Positions 28,520 to 39,630 of a stretch of DNA of 64,000 nt are shown here, piece after piece. Under the pieces are notes generated by a model, which worked only from the letters and a program-made list of their open reading frames with translations, ran no database searches and was not told the origin of the DNA. The DNA lies in contig CAVSAC010000014.1 of assembly GCA_963725865.1 (NCBI GenBank), forward strand, positions 832,001-896,000, given 5' to 3'. The translations under genes and the position numbers were made by a program. The stretch is from Candidatus Eiseniibacteriota bacterium. Lineage in GTDB: Bacteria > Eisenbacteria > RBG-16-71-46. Position 1 is the stretch's first letter. The number at the start of each line of letters is the position of its first letter.

Positions 28520-30640
28520 ATGACCCGTCCCGCCCCGCGAGCGGCGCGCCCCTCGCGCACGCCGCCGGCTGTGCGCCGGACGGCGCCGGCGGGCTGGCTT
28601 GCGCTCCACGGCGCCCCCGCCATCGCACCGGAGCTCGAGCGCTGGTGTGTCGCCCTGGGATGGGTGGTACTCGCCGCCTGCGGCCTGGCGCTGCTCGCGG
28701 TGGCGCTGGGTCCGCATCGCATCGGCGACTACTTCACCGAGACCGACTTCTACGGCGCCTACGCCGCAGGCGCGCGACTGATCCAGCACGGGCACCTGAT
28801 CCCGGCGCGCTACGGCGTGGTCGGGCCCGGCTACGAAGTGGCGCTGGCGCTGGTCGGTGTGGTGATCCGCGATCTGTTCCGCGCCGCCGAGCTGATCTCG
28901 ATCGCCGCCGCGCTCGCCACCGCGTGGCTGTGGACCGACCTGCTGCGCCGGCTTGCCGGCGCGCGGCTGGCGCTGTTCGCGCTGCTGCTCGTGGTCACCA
29001 ACCCCTCGTTCTTCCGCTTCGGCTACTCCGCCACCACCGACGCGCTCGCGCTCGCGCTCCAGACGCTGGCGCTGTGGCTGCTGCTCACGCGCACCGGGCC
29101 GCGCGGGGCGTTCGCGGCCGGGGCCGTCGCGGCGGCGGCGTTCCTGACCCGCTACAGCGCGATCGCGCTGCTGCCGGCCGCGCTGGTGGCGATCGCCGCC
29201 GGCGCGACCGCCGCCCCGCGCCGCGCGCGCGCCGCACTCGCGTTCGCGGCCGGTTTCGCGCTGCCGGTGGTGCCATGGGTGCTGTATTCGCTCGCGCACG
29301 GCGCGGGCTTCTCGTTCCAGCTCCACCACAACATCGCCTTCGAGGTGTTCGCGCGCCCGCGCGGGATCGTGTGGGACGACTACCAGAAGCTGATGCAGCC
29401 GCAGTTCCACTCGCTGTGGGACGTCCTCCGGCGCGACCCCGGCGCGGTCGCCGCGCGCATGGCGTTCAATCTGTTCGACCACCTGCGCCTCGATGGGCGC
29501 GACCTGCTGGGCTGGCCATTCGGCGTCGCGGCGCTGCTGGGGCTCGTGGTCACGCTGGCGGACCGCGGACTGCGGCGGCTCTGGCCGCTGCTGGTGTTCG
29601 GGCTGCTCGGCTTCCTGGTGCTGGTGCCGGTGTTCCACGCCGCGCGCTACTCGCTCGCGCTGCTGCCGGTGTACGCCGCACTCGCCGCCGCCGCGTTCGC
29701 CTCGCCGTGGTGGGCACTCGCGGTCGGCCACGCGCGGCGGGTGCGCCTGAAGACCCTGCTGCTGCTGGCGCCGCTGGCGTACGCCGCGAGCGCCTCGTGG
29801 CAGTCGCAGCGCCACACGCTCGACCAGCTCCCGGTCGAGGTGCTGGACGCCGCCGCCACGCTGCGCGCCGCGGCGCGGCCCGGCGACCGCGTGATCGCGC
29901 GCAAGCCCCACCTGGCGTGGATCGCCGGGGTCGAGGGCCGGCCGTTTCCGTTCGCGGACTCGCTCCCGCAGCTCGCCGACGCCGCACGCCGCGAGCGCGT
30001 GCGCTGGCTCTACGTCTCGTGGCCGGAGGTCGAGACCCGTCCGCGCTTCTGGTACCTGCTCGACACCGCGGCGGTGGTGCCCGGGCTCACGGTGCGGCGC
30101 GTGACGGCGCCGCACCCATCGGTGCTCTACGAGATCGGCCCCGGCTTCGGCGCGGCGCCCGCCTGGATGGCCAACGACACCCTGCTCACCTGGCACACCG
30201 CGCGCGCCCGGCTGCTCGTCAACCCCGACGACGCCGAGCCGCTGTTCCTGCTCGCGCTGGTGGAGATCTCGCACGATCAGGTCGACAGTGCGCAGGTGCA
30301 CCTGGAGCGCAGCGTGAAGCTCGTCCCCGGCCGGGCGGCCGCGTGGCTGCTGCTGGCCGAGATCGCCCTGCGGCGCGGCGACTCGCCCGCCGCCGAGCGC
30401 GCCTGCCGCGGGGCGCTCGCCGCCGATCCGCAGAGCGTCGACGCGCGGGCGGCGCTCGGCTGGGCCAGCCTGGTCGCCGGGCGCCCGCAGGAGGCCGCGG
30501 AGCGCTGGCGACCGGTGGTGCGCGCGGTGCGCGACCCGGGTACGCTGAGGCGCATGGTCGACGTGTTCACCGAGGTGGGGGATCCTGCCGCCGCCGCCGC
30601 GGCGCGGGCATCGCTCGCGCGCGTGGGAGGAGCACCGTGA
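28520..30640 (+). CDS. Multi-pass membrane GT-C (ArnT/PMT-like) glycosyltransferase with C-terminal TPR repeats
   Basis: Acidic ETDF motif after the first TM, many hydrophobic helices, FLTRY, RY-x-L motif, Ala/Leu-rich TPR-like helices. Start could be 28478. Confidence 0.65.
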   Translation: MTRPAPRAARPSRTPPAVRRTAPAGWLALHGAPAIAPELERWCVALGWVVLAACGLALLAVALGPHRIGDYFTETDFYGAYAAGARLIQHGHLIPARYGVVGPGYEVALALVGVVIRDLFRAAELISIAAALATAWLWTDLLRRLAGARLALFALLLVVTNPSFFRFGYSATTDALALALQTLALWLLLTRTGPRGAFAAGAVAAAAFLTRYSAIALLPAALVAIAAGATAAPRRARAALAFAAGFALPVVPWVLYSLAHGAGFSFQLHHNIAFEVFARPRGIVWDDYQKLMQPQFHSLWDVLRRDPGAVAARMAFNLFDHLRLDGRDLLGWPFGVAALLGLVVTLADRGLRRLWPLLVFGLLGFLVLVPVFHAARYSLALLPVYAALAAAAFASPWWALAVGHARRVRLKTLLLLAPLAYAASASWQSQRHTLDQLPVEVLDAAATLRAAARPGDRVIARKPHLAWIAGVEGRPFPFADSLPQLADAARRERVRWLYVSWPEVETRPRFWYLLDTAAVVPGLTVRRVTAPHPSVLYEIGPGFGAAPAWMANDTLLTWHTARARLLVNPDDAEPLFLLALVEISHDQVDSAQVHLERSVKLVPGRAAAWLLLAEIALRRGDSPAAERACRGALAADPQSVDARAALGWASLVAGRPQEAAERWRPVVRAVRDPGTLRRMVDVFTEVGDPAAAAAARASLARVGGAP

Positions 30641-31545
30641 GACATCCGAGCCCGAACGCCGTCCGTCGCAGCCTCTGCGGGTTGCTCGCCGCCGCCGCGG
30701 TCACGCTCGCCTCGTGCGCCGGCACCGCGCACGCGCCCGGCCGCGCGCGGCACGCGGGCTCCGGCGCCGTCACCATGGCCCCCGAGCCCGACTCGGTCAC
30801 CGCGGGGCTGTGGCATCTCGACGAGACCGGTGGCACGCGGGCCGCCGACGCCGGACCGTTCCGGATCGACGGCGTGGCGGGCATCGACACCCGCACCGAC
30901 TTCGGCCGCGTGCGGGGTGCGCGCCACTTCACCCGGTCGGTGGAGTCCTTCCTCACCATGCCCTACAGCCCCGCGTTCGAGCGCGGCAGCGGCCTGACGC
31001 TCGAGGCGTGGATCTATCTCGACGCGTACGGCGACTACGAGGACACCCCGATCGTCGGCCGCTGGTCGCCGGTCGCCAACGACCAGTCGTGGCTGTTCGC
31101 GGTGGTGGGCCGCAACCTGACGCCGCCGCTGGTGGCGCTCCCGAGCCCCGGCTATCACCGCGACCTGGTGAGTCGGGGGCAGCGCGGCCAGCTGCTGTTC
31201 GCGTTCCAGCCGGGCCCCGCCAGTCTGCCGCTGGCGTATGTCAGCAACTCCGTGATCGAGCTGGAGCGCTGGACCCACGTCGCCGTCAGCTACGACGGCG
31301 TCGTGGTGCGCTTCTACATCGACGGCCGCCCCGAGGCGCAGTACGCCAGCCAGGGCAGCATCCGCGAATCGCATGCGCCGCTGATGGTCGGCAACTACCT
31401 CGACCCGCGCTCGCTCACCGACTTCGGCGGCGACTTGCGGGCCGACAACCTGGTCGACCGCAATCCCTACTACGCGTTCCAGGGCCTCATCGACGAGCTG
31501 CGAGTCTCGACCGCCGCGCGCAGCGCGATCGCCCTGAAGCGCTGA
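30637..31545 (+). CDS. LamG/concanavalin-A-like domain lipoprotein
   Basis: Lipobox LASC, GLWHLDE, LTLEAWI, WTHVAVSYDG, FYIDG, FQGLIDELRVS. Confidence 0.85.
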   Translation: MRHPSPNAVRRSLCGLLAAAAVTLASCAGTAHAPGRARHAGSGAVTMAPEPDSVTAGLWHLDETGGTRAADAGPFRIDGVAGIDTRTDFGRVRGARHFTRSVESFLTMPYSPAFERGSGLTLEAWIYLDAYGDYEDTPIVGRWSPVANDQSWLFAVVGRNLTPPLVALPSPGYHRDLVSRGQRGQLLFAFQPGPASLPLAYVSNSVIELERWTHVAVSYDGVVVRFYIDGRPEAQYASQGSIRESHAPLMVGNYLDPRSLTDFGGDLRADNLVDRNPYYAFQGLIDELRVSTAARSAIALKR

Positions 31546-31742
31546 CCACACCGATCGGCGGGTACGTCGTGGACGAGTCCGCTCCGAAGTGGGCAGTCGC
31601 GCCGGCACACGAACCGCCGCCGGCGTGCGGCGCCGCGCCTGTGCGCCGCGCGCCGCCGCCGATCATGCGAAGCGGCCCGTTCCTTGCGGGAGCGACCTCC
31701 GGGCCCCGCGATCCGTCCACTCCGCCCTCGCCGGGGCAGCGC

Positions 31743-34104
31743 ATGCGCCGATCCCTGCTGTGCCTGATCGCCCTGCTCGCGACACTTCCACGCGCGGCGG
31801 GCGCCGAGCCCGCGCGCGAGTTGGTGGTGATGCTCTCACCGGCGCGCGGCGACGACGCCCGCGCCTCCGCCGCGCGCGTCCGCGTGGCGCCGCGCTTCGA
31901 GTCCCTCGGCCTCGCGGTGCTCGCGGCACTCGGCGACGGGCTGCCGATGCCGCCCGCCACAGATGGCCCGTTCGGCCTCGATCCCGCGCGCGTGCTGTGC
32001 CTGCAGGCGCGCGATCCGGCGGCGGCTGCCGCCGCGCGCGCGGCGCTCGAGGGCGCACCCGGGATCGCATGGGTGGAGCCCAACCAGGAGCGCGAGCCAG
32101 TCGGCACGGCGGCGTTCCCCGACGATCCGTACTTCGTCGCGGGGCTGCAGTGGGGACTCGAGAACCGCGGGCCCACGACGCCGTTCCGCGGCGTGGCGGG
32201 CGCCGACATCGGCGCGCGCGCGGCGTGGGCGATCACCACCGGCAGCGCCGACGTGCTGCTGGCGGTGGCCGACACCGGGATCGATCCCACGCACCCGGAG
32301 TTCGTCGCGTTCCTGCCCGACGGCCGCCCGCGGCTGCTGCCGGGGATCAACACCACGCTCGATCCCACCGCCACGGTGATCGACTCGTTCGGCCACGGCA
32401 CCCCGGTCGCGGGCGTGATGGCGGCGCGCACCGGCGAGGGTGCCCACTTCGACTCGCTCGGCATCGCGGGCGTGTGCGGCGGTGACGGGGTGGCGAACCC
32501 CGGCTGCCGGCTGCTGCCGATCAAGATCACCGCGGTGGTCAGTGGCAACTCCTCGTCGTTCGAGATCGCGCGCGCGATGCTGGCGGCGACCGCGCTGGGC
32601 GCGCGGGCCATGAACCTCTCGTTCGCCGGCAGCACGCCCAGCAAGGTGGAGCGGCTGGCGCTCACGCAGGCGATCACCTACGGCTGCGTGGTGGTGGCGG
32701 CGGCCGGCAACCGCGGGTTCACCAATCCGACCGCGCCCCAGTTCCCGGCCGCGTTCGCCGCCGAGGGGCTGTGCATCCAGGCCGGCTCCTCGGACCCGTT
32801 CGACCATCGCTCGGTGTTCTCGTCCTACGGGCCCGGCCTCGACCTGCTGGCGCCCGGCGAGAGCATCTGGACCACGTTCATGACCTACCCCAGCGCCGCC
32901 GGCGCTTCGTACGACGGCTACGTGATCGCGGCCGGCACCTCGTTCGCGGCACCCCACGTCGCGGGCGCGGTCGGGCTGCTCGCCGCACGGCGGCCGGAGC
33001 TGATGGACACCGACTTCCAGCGCGTGCTGCGCGAGAGCGCGCACGACCTCGGCCCGCCCGGCTGGGATCCGCCGACCGCGTACGGCCGGCTCGACCTGCC
33101 GGCGGCACTCGCCGCGGTGGATCCCGCGATCGGGATCTGGCACGACGAGGTGGCCGCCGACGCGGTGGTGCCGATCGCGGCGGGCACGCTCGCGATCGGC
33201 GATTCCAGCGGCGGCGAGCGGGTGCGCCGCTGGCCCGGCGCCGAGGAGTACGAGGCCACCGCCACGGTGGCGCTGCCCGATTCGTTCCTGCCGCCGGTGC
33301 GGGTGTGGCCGCGGGTGGGCGGCACCTCGACGGTGCGCGGCGGGTTCGCGCTGCGCTACCTCTCGCCGTGGTGCGAGGTCACGCGCATCGACGCGACGTC
33401 GTTCGAGCTGCGCGGCCACCTCTACCACGTGCCGCCCGACAGCGGCGTGACGGGCGAGGAGTACGTGCCGCTGCCGCTCGACCAGGCGCGCTTCGGCTTC
33501 ACGGTGATGGGCCGCGTGGATCGGACGCCCGCGCTGCGCGTGCTGTCGCCCGCGCCCGGAGCGAGCTGGCCGCTCGGCAGCGCGCTGCCGGTCGCCTGGG
33601 AGGCGTCCGACCCCGACAGCATCACGTCGTTCGCGATCGCGCTGGTGGGTGCCGACGGCGCCGAGACCGCGCTGGGGACGCGGCCCGGCGATGCGCGCGC
33701 GGCGGCGGTGACGCTGCCGTGCGTGGCGCTCGGTGAGGCGCGCCTGCGGGTGACCGCGATCGACGCGCACGGCCCGCACGCCGATCGCACCACGCTCGAG
33801 GTGCCGATCGCGGTGACGCCCGGGCGCTGCGCCAGCCCGACCGCGGCGGCGACGGCCGCGCTGCTCGCGGCGCCCAATCCGTTCGCCGCCCGCACCTGGA
33901 TCGCCACCCCGGCCGGCCGGCAGCCTGCGCGTCGTCGACCTCGCCGGCCGCGTGGTGATGCGGCGGACCATCCCCGCGGGCGCCACCGGTGTCGAATGGG
34001 ACGGCCGCGACGAGCACGGCACGCGCGTGCCGCCGGGGCTCTACTTCGCCCGCTTCGCGAGCGGCGCCTCGGCGCGGGAGCTGAGGATCGTGCGGATCGA
34101 GTGA
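31743..34104 (+). CDS. Secreted S8 (subtilisin-like) peptidase with C-terminal sorting domain; frameshifted at about 33915
   Basis: Triad VADTGID, HGTPVAG, GTSFAAPHVAG. After PNPF the sorting domain (LRVVDLAGRVV...WDGRD...GLYFARF...IVRIE*) continues in the +1 frame to TGA 34104. Confidence 0.85.
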
Positions 34105-34224
34105 AGCGGGCCGTGCTTCGCCGCGTCGCCACGCGCCCGTCGCCCGTCTGACCGCGCCGGGCCCCGCGCCTGTCGCCCGCGCCTGCGCGCGGCGCTACAC
34201 TGCGCGCCATCGGAGGAGCCCCGC

Positions 34225-35505
34225 ATGTCCCGTCGACTCGCCCTCGCCGCTTCGCTCGCGCTCGCCACCTCCGCCCTGCTCGCCGTGTCCGGCTGCGCGG
34301 GGCGGCGCTCGCCCGCCGACTGGGCGGCCGTGCGCGAGGTCACGCCCGCGCTGCTCGCCGGGCGCGCGGCGGCCGATCCGGCGCTCGCCTCCGACGGTCG
34401 CGGGCACGTGGCGCTCACGTTCGTCACCCGCGACTCGGCGGGCGGACACGATCTGTGGCTCGCGCTCTCGCACGACAGCGGCGCCCGCTTCGATCCGCTC
34501 GTGCGCGTCAACCTGGTGCCCGGGCGCGTGTCGTCCTACGCCGAGTCGCGTCCGGTGCCGGTGTGGGGGCCGGGCGGGCGGCTGGCGATCGCGTGGTCCC
34601 AGTTGCGCGCCGACACCGGGATGGTCGCCGATCTGCTGGTGCGCTCCGGCAGCGACGTGGCGACGCTGGGTGCGGCGGCGCTCGGTCCGCCGGTGATGGT
34701 GAACGACGACTCGCTCGGGCGCCCCGTCTATCACGGCTTCCCGGCGCTCGCGTTCATGCCGGATGGCGCGCTGTTCGCCGCGTGGATGGATGGCCGCACC
34801 CACGCCGAGGCCGATGCCGAGCTGCTGGGCGCGCTGTTCAGCTCGGTGAGCGCCGATGGCGGCCGCACCTGGAGCGCGAACGCGCTGGTGACCGACTCGC
34901 TGTGCCCGTGCTGCCGCGCCGCGGTCGCCAGCACCGGCGCGGGCCGGCTCGCGCTCTCGTGGCGCAGCGCCGCACGCGGGGTGCGCGATCCGGTGCTGGC
35001 GTTCTCGAGCGACAGCGGGCGCACATTCACGCCCGAGACACCGGTCTCCTTCGACGGCTGGCAGCTCGACGCATGCCCCTCCGAGGGCCCGGTGCTGATC
35101 GGCGCGGGCGAGCGCGGGACCAGCGTGTGGACCACCGGTGCGGAGCCGGCCGGCGTCTACCTCGCCTCGTGGGGCTTCGGCCACCGGCCCGAAGCCCCGC
35201 GGCGCGCGCTGATGGACAGCCTCGCGCGCGCCGCGCACCCGCGCGCGGTGGCACTCGGCGACGCCACGCTGCTGGCGGTCGAGGCGCTGCCGAAGGGCGA
35301 CAGCGTCGGCGTGGTCGCGGTCCGCGCGCTGGAGCCGGGCGGGGCGCTGACGCCGTGGGTGTTCCTCGGCGCGCACGCCCGCGAAGCGTGGCCCGCGGCG
35401 GTCGGCCCGCGCACGGCGCTGGTGGCGTGGGTCGAGCGCGAGAGCGCGGGGCCGCGCATCCGGATCGCGCGGATCGAGCGCGTCGCCGCGCCCGTCGCGC
35501 ATTGA
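34225..35505 (+). CDS. BNR/Asp-box repeat (sialidase-fold) lipoprotein
   Basis: Lipobox VSGC. Asp-boxes SHDSGARF, SADGGRTW, SSDSGRTF. CPCC and DACP motifs. Confidence 0.8.
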   Translation: MSRRLALAASLALATSALLAVSGCAGRRSPADWAAVREVTPALLAGRAAADPALASDGRGHVALTFVTRDSAGGHDLWLALSHDSGARFDPLVRVNLVPGRVSSYAESRPVPVWGPGGRLAIAWSQLRADTGMVADLLVRSGSDVATLGAAALGPPVMVNDDSLGRPVYHGFPALAFMPDGALFAAWMDGRTHAEADAELLGALFSSVSADGGRTWSANALVTDSLCPCCRAAVASTGAGRLALSWRSAARGVRDPVLAFSSDSGRTFTPETPVSFDGWQLDACPSEGPVLIGAGERGTSVWTTGAEPAGVYLASWGFGHRPEAPRRALMDSLARAAHPRAVALGDATLLAVEALPKGDSVGVVAVRALEPGGALTPWVFLGAHAREAWPAAVGPRTALVAWVERESAGPRIRIARIERVAAPVAH

Positions 35506-35595
35506 TGCCCGTTCGAGCAGCGTGCTAGGCTCGCCGCTCGCTTGGCACCGCGCGCCGCGCCGCGGCGCGCCCACCCCGACCCCCTCGAGAGACCC

Positions 35596-36600
<1,005 letters not shown>

Positions 36601-36644
36601 GCGGCCAGCGTCACCGCGCGCGAGCGCGCCCGTCCGAGGAGACC

Positions 36645-38051
36645 ATGGCCCACGACGCGCCGCCGAGCTCCGGCGTCACCCTTCGCCGCCAGATCGGCCT
36701 CTACGCCGCGACCGCGATCACGGTCGGCAACATCGTCGGCTCGGGCATCTTCCGCTCGCCGCACTCGGTGGCCGAGGAGCTGACGTCGTTCCAGCTCGTC
36801 CTGCTCGCGTGGGTGGTGGGCGGGCTGCTGTCGATCTGCGGCTCGCTGGTGCTGGCGGAGCTGGCGGTCACCCACCCGAAGACCGGCGGGCTCTACGTGT
36901 TCATCCGCGAGTCGTTCGGCGACGCGTGGGGGTTCGCGTTCGGGTGGGCGAACCTGTGGGTCATCAAGCCGACCGTGATCGCCTCGATCACGAGCGTGTT
37001 CGCGCTCTACTTCTGCCAGGTGATGGGCTGGCCGCCCGGCAGCCAGTTCGCGGTCGGCGCGGTCGCGATCCTGCTGCTGACCGCCGTGAACTGGCTCGGC
37101 GTGCAAGAGGGCGCGCGCACCCAGTCGCTGCTCACCACCGCCAAGATCGTCGGCATCCTGGGGCTGTGTGCGGCCGCGTTCCTGCTGCCCGCGAGCCATC
37201 CGGCCTCGCCGGCGCCCGCCGCGGCTGCCGCCAGCACCAAGCCGCTGGTGATCGGGTTCTTCGTCGCGATGGTCTCGATCCTGTTCGCCTACGACGGCTG
37301 GACCGACTCCACCTACGTCGCCGGCGAGGTGGTGAATCCCCGGCGCGTGATGCCGATCGCGATCGTGTGGGGCACCTGGCTGGTGATCGCGGTGTACGTG
37401 CTCACCAACATCGCCTACTTCCACGTGCTCGGCGCCCGGGGCGTGGCGTCCTACGAGGCGGTGGGCTCCGAGACGGCGCGCCGGCTGCTCGGCACATGGG
37501 GCGCGCGCGCGCTCGCGGTGCTGGTGGCGGTCTCCACGTTCGGCACCACCAACGGCGCGATCCTCACCGGCCCGCGCGTCACCCAGGCGATGGCGGCCGA
37601 CGGCCTGCTCTGGAAGCCGCTCGCCGCCCTCGATCGGCGCCGCGCCACGCCGAGCCTGGCGCTGTGGGTGCAGGCGGTGCTGGCGTGCGCGTGGCTCAGG
37701 GTCGCGCACGGCTTCGACGACGTGTCGGGCTGGTTCGTCACCACCTCGTGGCTGTTCTACGGCGTCACCACCGCCGCGATCTTCGTCCAGCGCCGCCGCG
37801 AGGCGCGCGGCCTGGTCGCGACGCCGTCGTACCGCGCGCCGCTCCATCCGCTGCCGGCGGTGGTGTTCATCCTGGTCACGCTCGTCATCGTCTGGAGCGA
37901 CTTCAAGTCCAGCACGCCGCTGGCGATCGAAGGCCTGCGCGGACCGCTCGGCGCGGTGCTCGGACTGGTGCCGCGCGCCGCCCTCGGCGTGGCGATCGCG
38001 GCACTCGGCTTCCCGGTGTACTGGCTGTGGAAGGGACGGCGCACCGCATGA
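36645..38051 (+). CDS. APC-family amino acid permease
   Basis: VGNIVGSGIF, AELA..P..GG-x-Y, FAYDGW, GEVVNP. About 12 TM segments. Confidence 0.93.
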   Translation: MAHDAPPSSGVTLRRQIGLYAATAITVGNIVGSGIFRSPHSVAEELTSFQLVLLAWVVGGLLSICGSLVLAELAVTHPKTGGLYVFIRESFGDAWGFAFGWANLWVIKPTVIASITSVFALYFCQVMGWPPGSQFAVGAVAILLLTAVNWLGVQEGARTQSLLTTAKIVGILGLCAAAFLLPASHPASPAPAAAAASTKPLVIGFFVAMVSILFAYDGWTDSTYVAGEVVNPRRVMPIAIVWGTWLVIAVYVLTNIAYFHVLGARGVASYEAVGSETARRLLGTWGARALAVLVAVSTFGTTNGAILTGPRVTQAMAADGLLWKPLAALDRRRATPSLALWVQAVLACAWLRVAHGFDDVSGWFVTTSWLFYGVTTAAIFVQRRREARGLVATPSYRAPLHPLPAVVFILVTLVIVWSDFKSSTPLAIEGLRGPLGAVLGLVPRAALGVAIAALGFPVYWLWKGRRTA

Positions 38052-39013
38052 GCGCGGGTCCGCGCAGCGCATCGGGCGCCCGGCCGAGCGGCTCGGGAAT
38101 CGCGCGGCCGGCGGCCGGCGAGGGCCGGCGGTTCCTCGATCCGGCGGTGGTGGCGCGGCTCGCGCACCTCGACGTGCGCGCGCGGCTGGTGGTCGAGGGC
38201 TTCATCGCCGGCATGCACCGCTCGCCGTTCCACGGCTTCAGCGTGGAGTTCGCCGAGCACCGGCCCTACATGCCGGGCGATCCGCTCAAGAACCTCGACT
38301 GGAAGGTGTGGGCGCGCAGCGACCGCTACCTCGTGAAGCAGTACACCGAGGAGACCAACCTGCGCTGCCACCTGCTGGTGGACCTGTCGGGCTCGATGGG
38401 CTTCCGCTCCGAGCGCGCCGCGATGGGCAAGCTGGAGTACGCGCGCTCGCTGGCGGCCGCACTCGCGTACCTCATGCTCCAGCAGCAGGACGCGGTCGGC
38501 GCGATGCTGTTCGCCGAGCGACCGCTGCGCTACGTGCCGGCGCGCGCGGTGCGCTCGCACCTCGACGTGCTGCTGAAGGTGCTGGGCGAGGCCGAGCCGC
38601 AGGGCCGCACGCGCCTCGGGCCGGCGCTGCACGAGCTGGCCGAGCGCATCAAGCGGCGCGGACTGGTGGTGCTGCTCTCGGACCTGATGGACAAGCCCGC
38701 CGAGGTGATGTCGGGCCTGCAGCACTTCCGCCACCGCCATCACGAGGTGGTGGTGTTCCACATCCTCGACCCGGACGAGGTGGACTTCCCCTACACCGGC
38801 ACCTCGACGTTCGTGGACATGGAGAGCGAGGAGCGGCTCACCACCGAGCCGTGGGAGATCGCGCGCCGCTATCGCGAGCGCCTGGCGGCATGGACCGCGC
38901 AGTACCAGCGCCAGTGCCGCGAGCAGCGCATCGACTACGTGCGGCTCGAGACCCGCACGCCGTTCGACCAGGCGCTGCTCGCCTACCTCGAGAAGCGCGC
39001 GAGGCTGCTGTGA
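38048..39013 (+). CDS. DUF58 domain protein
   Basis: G-x-HRSPFHGFSVEFAEHRPY-x-PGD, DWK, LLVDLSGSM, LLSD. Confidence 0.93.
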   Translation: MSAGPRSASGARPSGSGIARPAAGEGRRFLDPAVVARLAHLDVRARLVVEGFIAGMHRSPFHGFSVEFAEHRPYMPGDPLKNLDWKVWARSDRYLVKQYTEETNLRCHLLVDLSGSMGFRSERAAMGKLEYARSLAAALAYLMLQQQDAVGAMLFAERPLRYVPARAVRSHLDVLLKVLGEAEPQGRTRLGPALHELAERIKRRGLVVLLSDLMDKPAEVMSGLQHFRHRHHEVVVFHILDPDEVDFPYTGTSTFVDMESEERLTTEPWEIARRYRERLAAWTAQYQRQCREQRIDYVRLETRTPFDQALLAYLEKRARLL

Positions 39014-39630
39014 TCGTGCGCATCGCCGCCGGACTGGCGCTGGCGACCGGCACCGTGCTGCTGATGGTGTTCCTCCACCTGCTCGGCAAGGGCCCGTGGG
39101 CGAGCCCCGAGGCCCGCCACCTGCGCGCGATGAAGGACCGCATCGCGGCGCCGGCCGCGGCCACCCCGGTGAGCGCCGCGTGGATGGCGGCGCTGCCGCA
39201 CCGCGCCCCGCTCGCGCGGCGCGCGGCGATCGAGCGCCGCGCGGTCGTGATCGACGGCTGGGTGCGGCAGATCCTGTGGGCCTCCGATGGGGACGTGCAC
39301 CTGGAGCTGATCCCCGGCCCGCCGCCCGGCGGGGACGACCAGCGCTACGTCACCGCCGAGGTCACGCCGCAGTTCCGCCGCCGCCATCCCGCCTGGCGCT
39401 ACGAGGCGCTCGCCGCCGCGCTGCGGCCCGACTACGGCGGCGCCACACCGTGGCCCACCGGACCCGCGCGGGTGCGGGTGACGGGCTGGCTGCTCTACGA
39501 CTTCCAGTACGACGAACCCCTGCCCGCCGACGCCACGCACGGCCGCATCACCGGCTGGGAGCTCCACCCGGTGACGGCGATGGCGGTGTGGGACACCGCG
39601 CGCGGCGGCTGGCGCGAGGTCGCGCCGTGA
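39010..39630 (+). CDS. Membrane-anchored hypothetical protein, probable OB-fold
   Basis: N-terminal TM, DGDVHL, VTAEVTP, VRVTGWLLYD, WELHPVT. GTGA overlaps on both sides. Confidence 0.65.
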   Translation: MIVRIAAGLALATGTVLLMVFLHLLGKGPWASPEARHLRAMKDRIAAPAAATPVSAAWMAALPHRAPLARRAAIERRAVVIDGWVRQILWASDGDVHLELIPGPPPGGDDQRYVTAEVTPQFRRRHPAWRYEALAAALRPDYGGATPWPTGPARVRVTGWLLYDFQYDEPLPADATHGRITGWELHPVTAMAVWDTARGGWREVAP

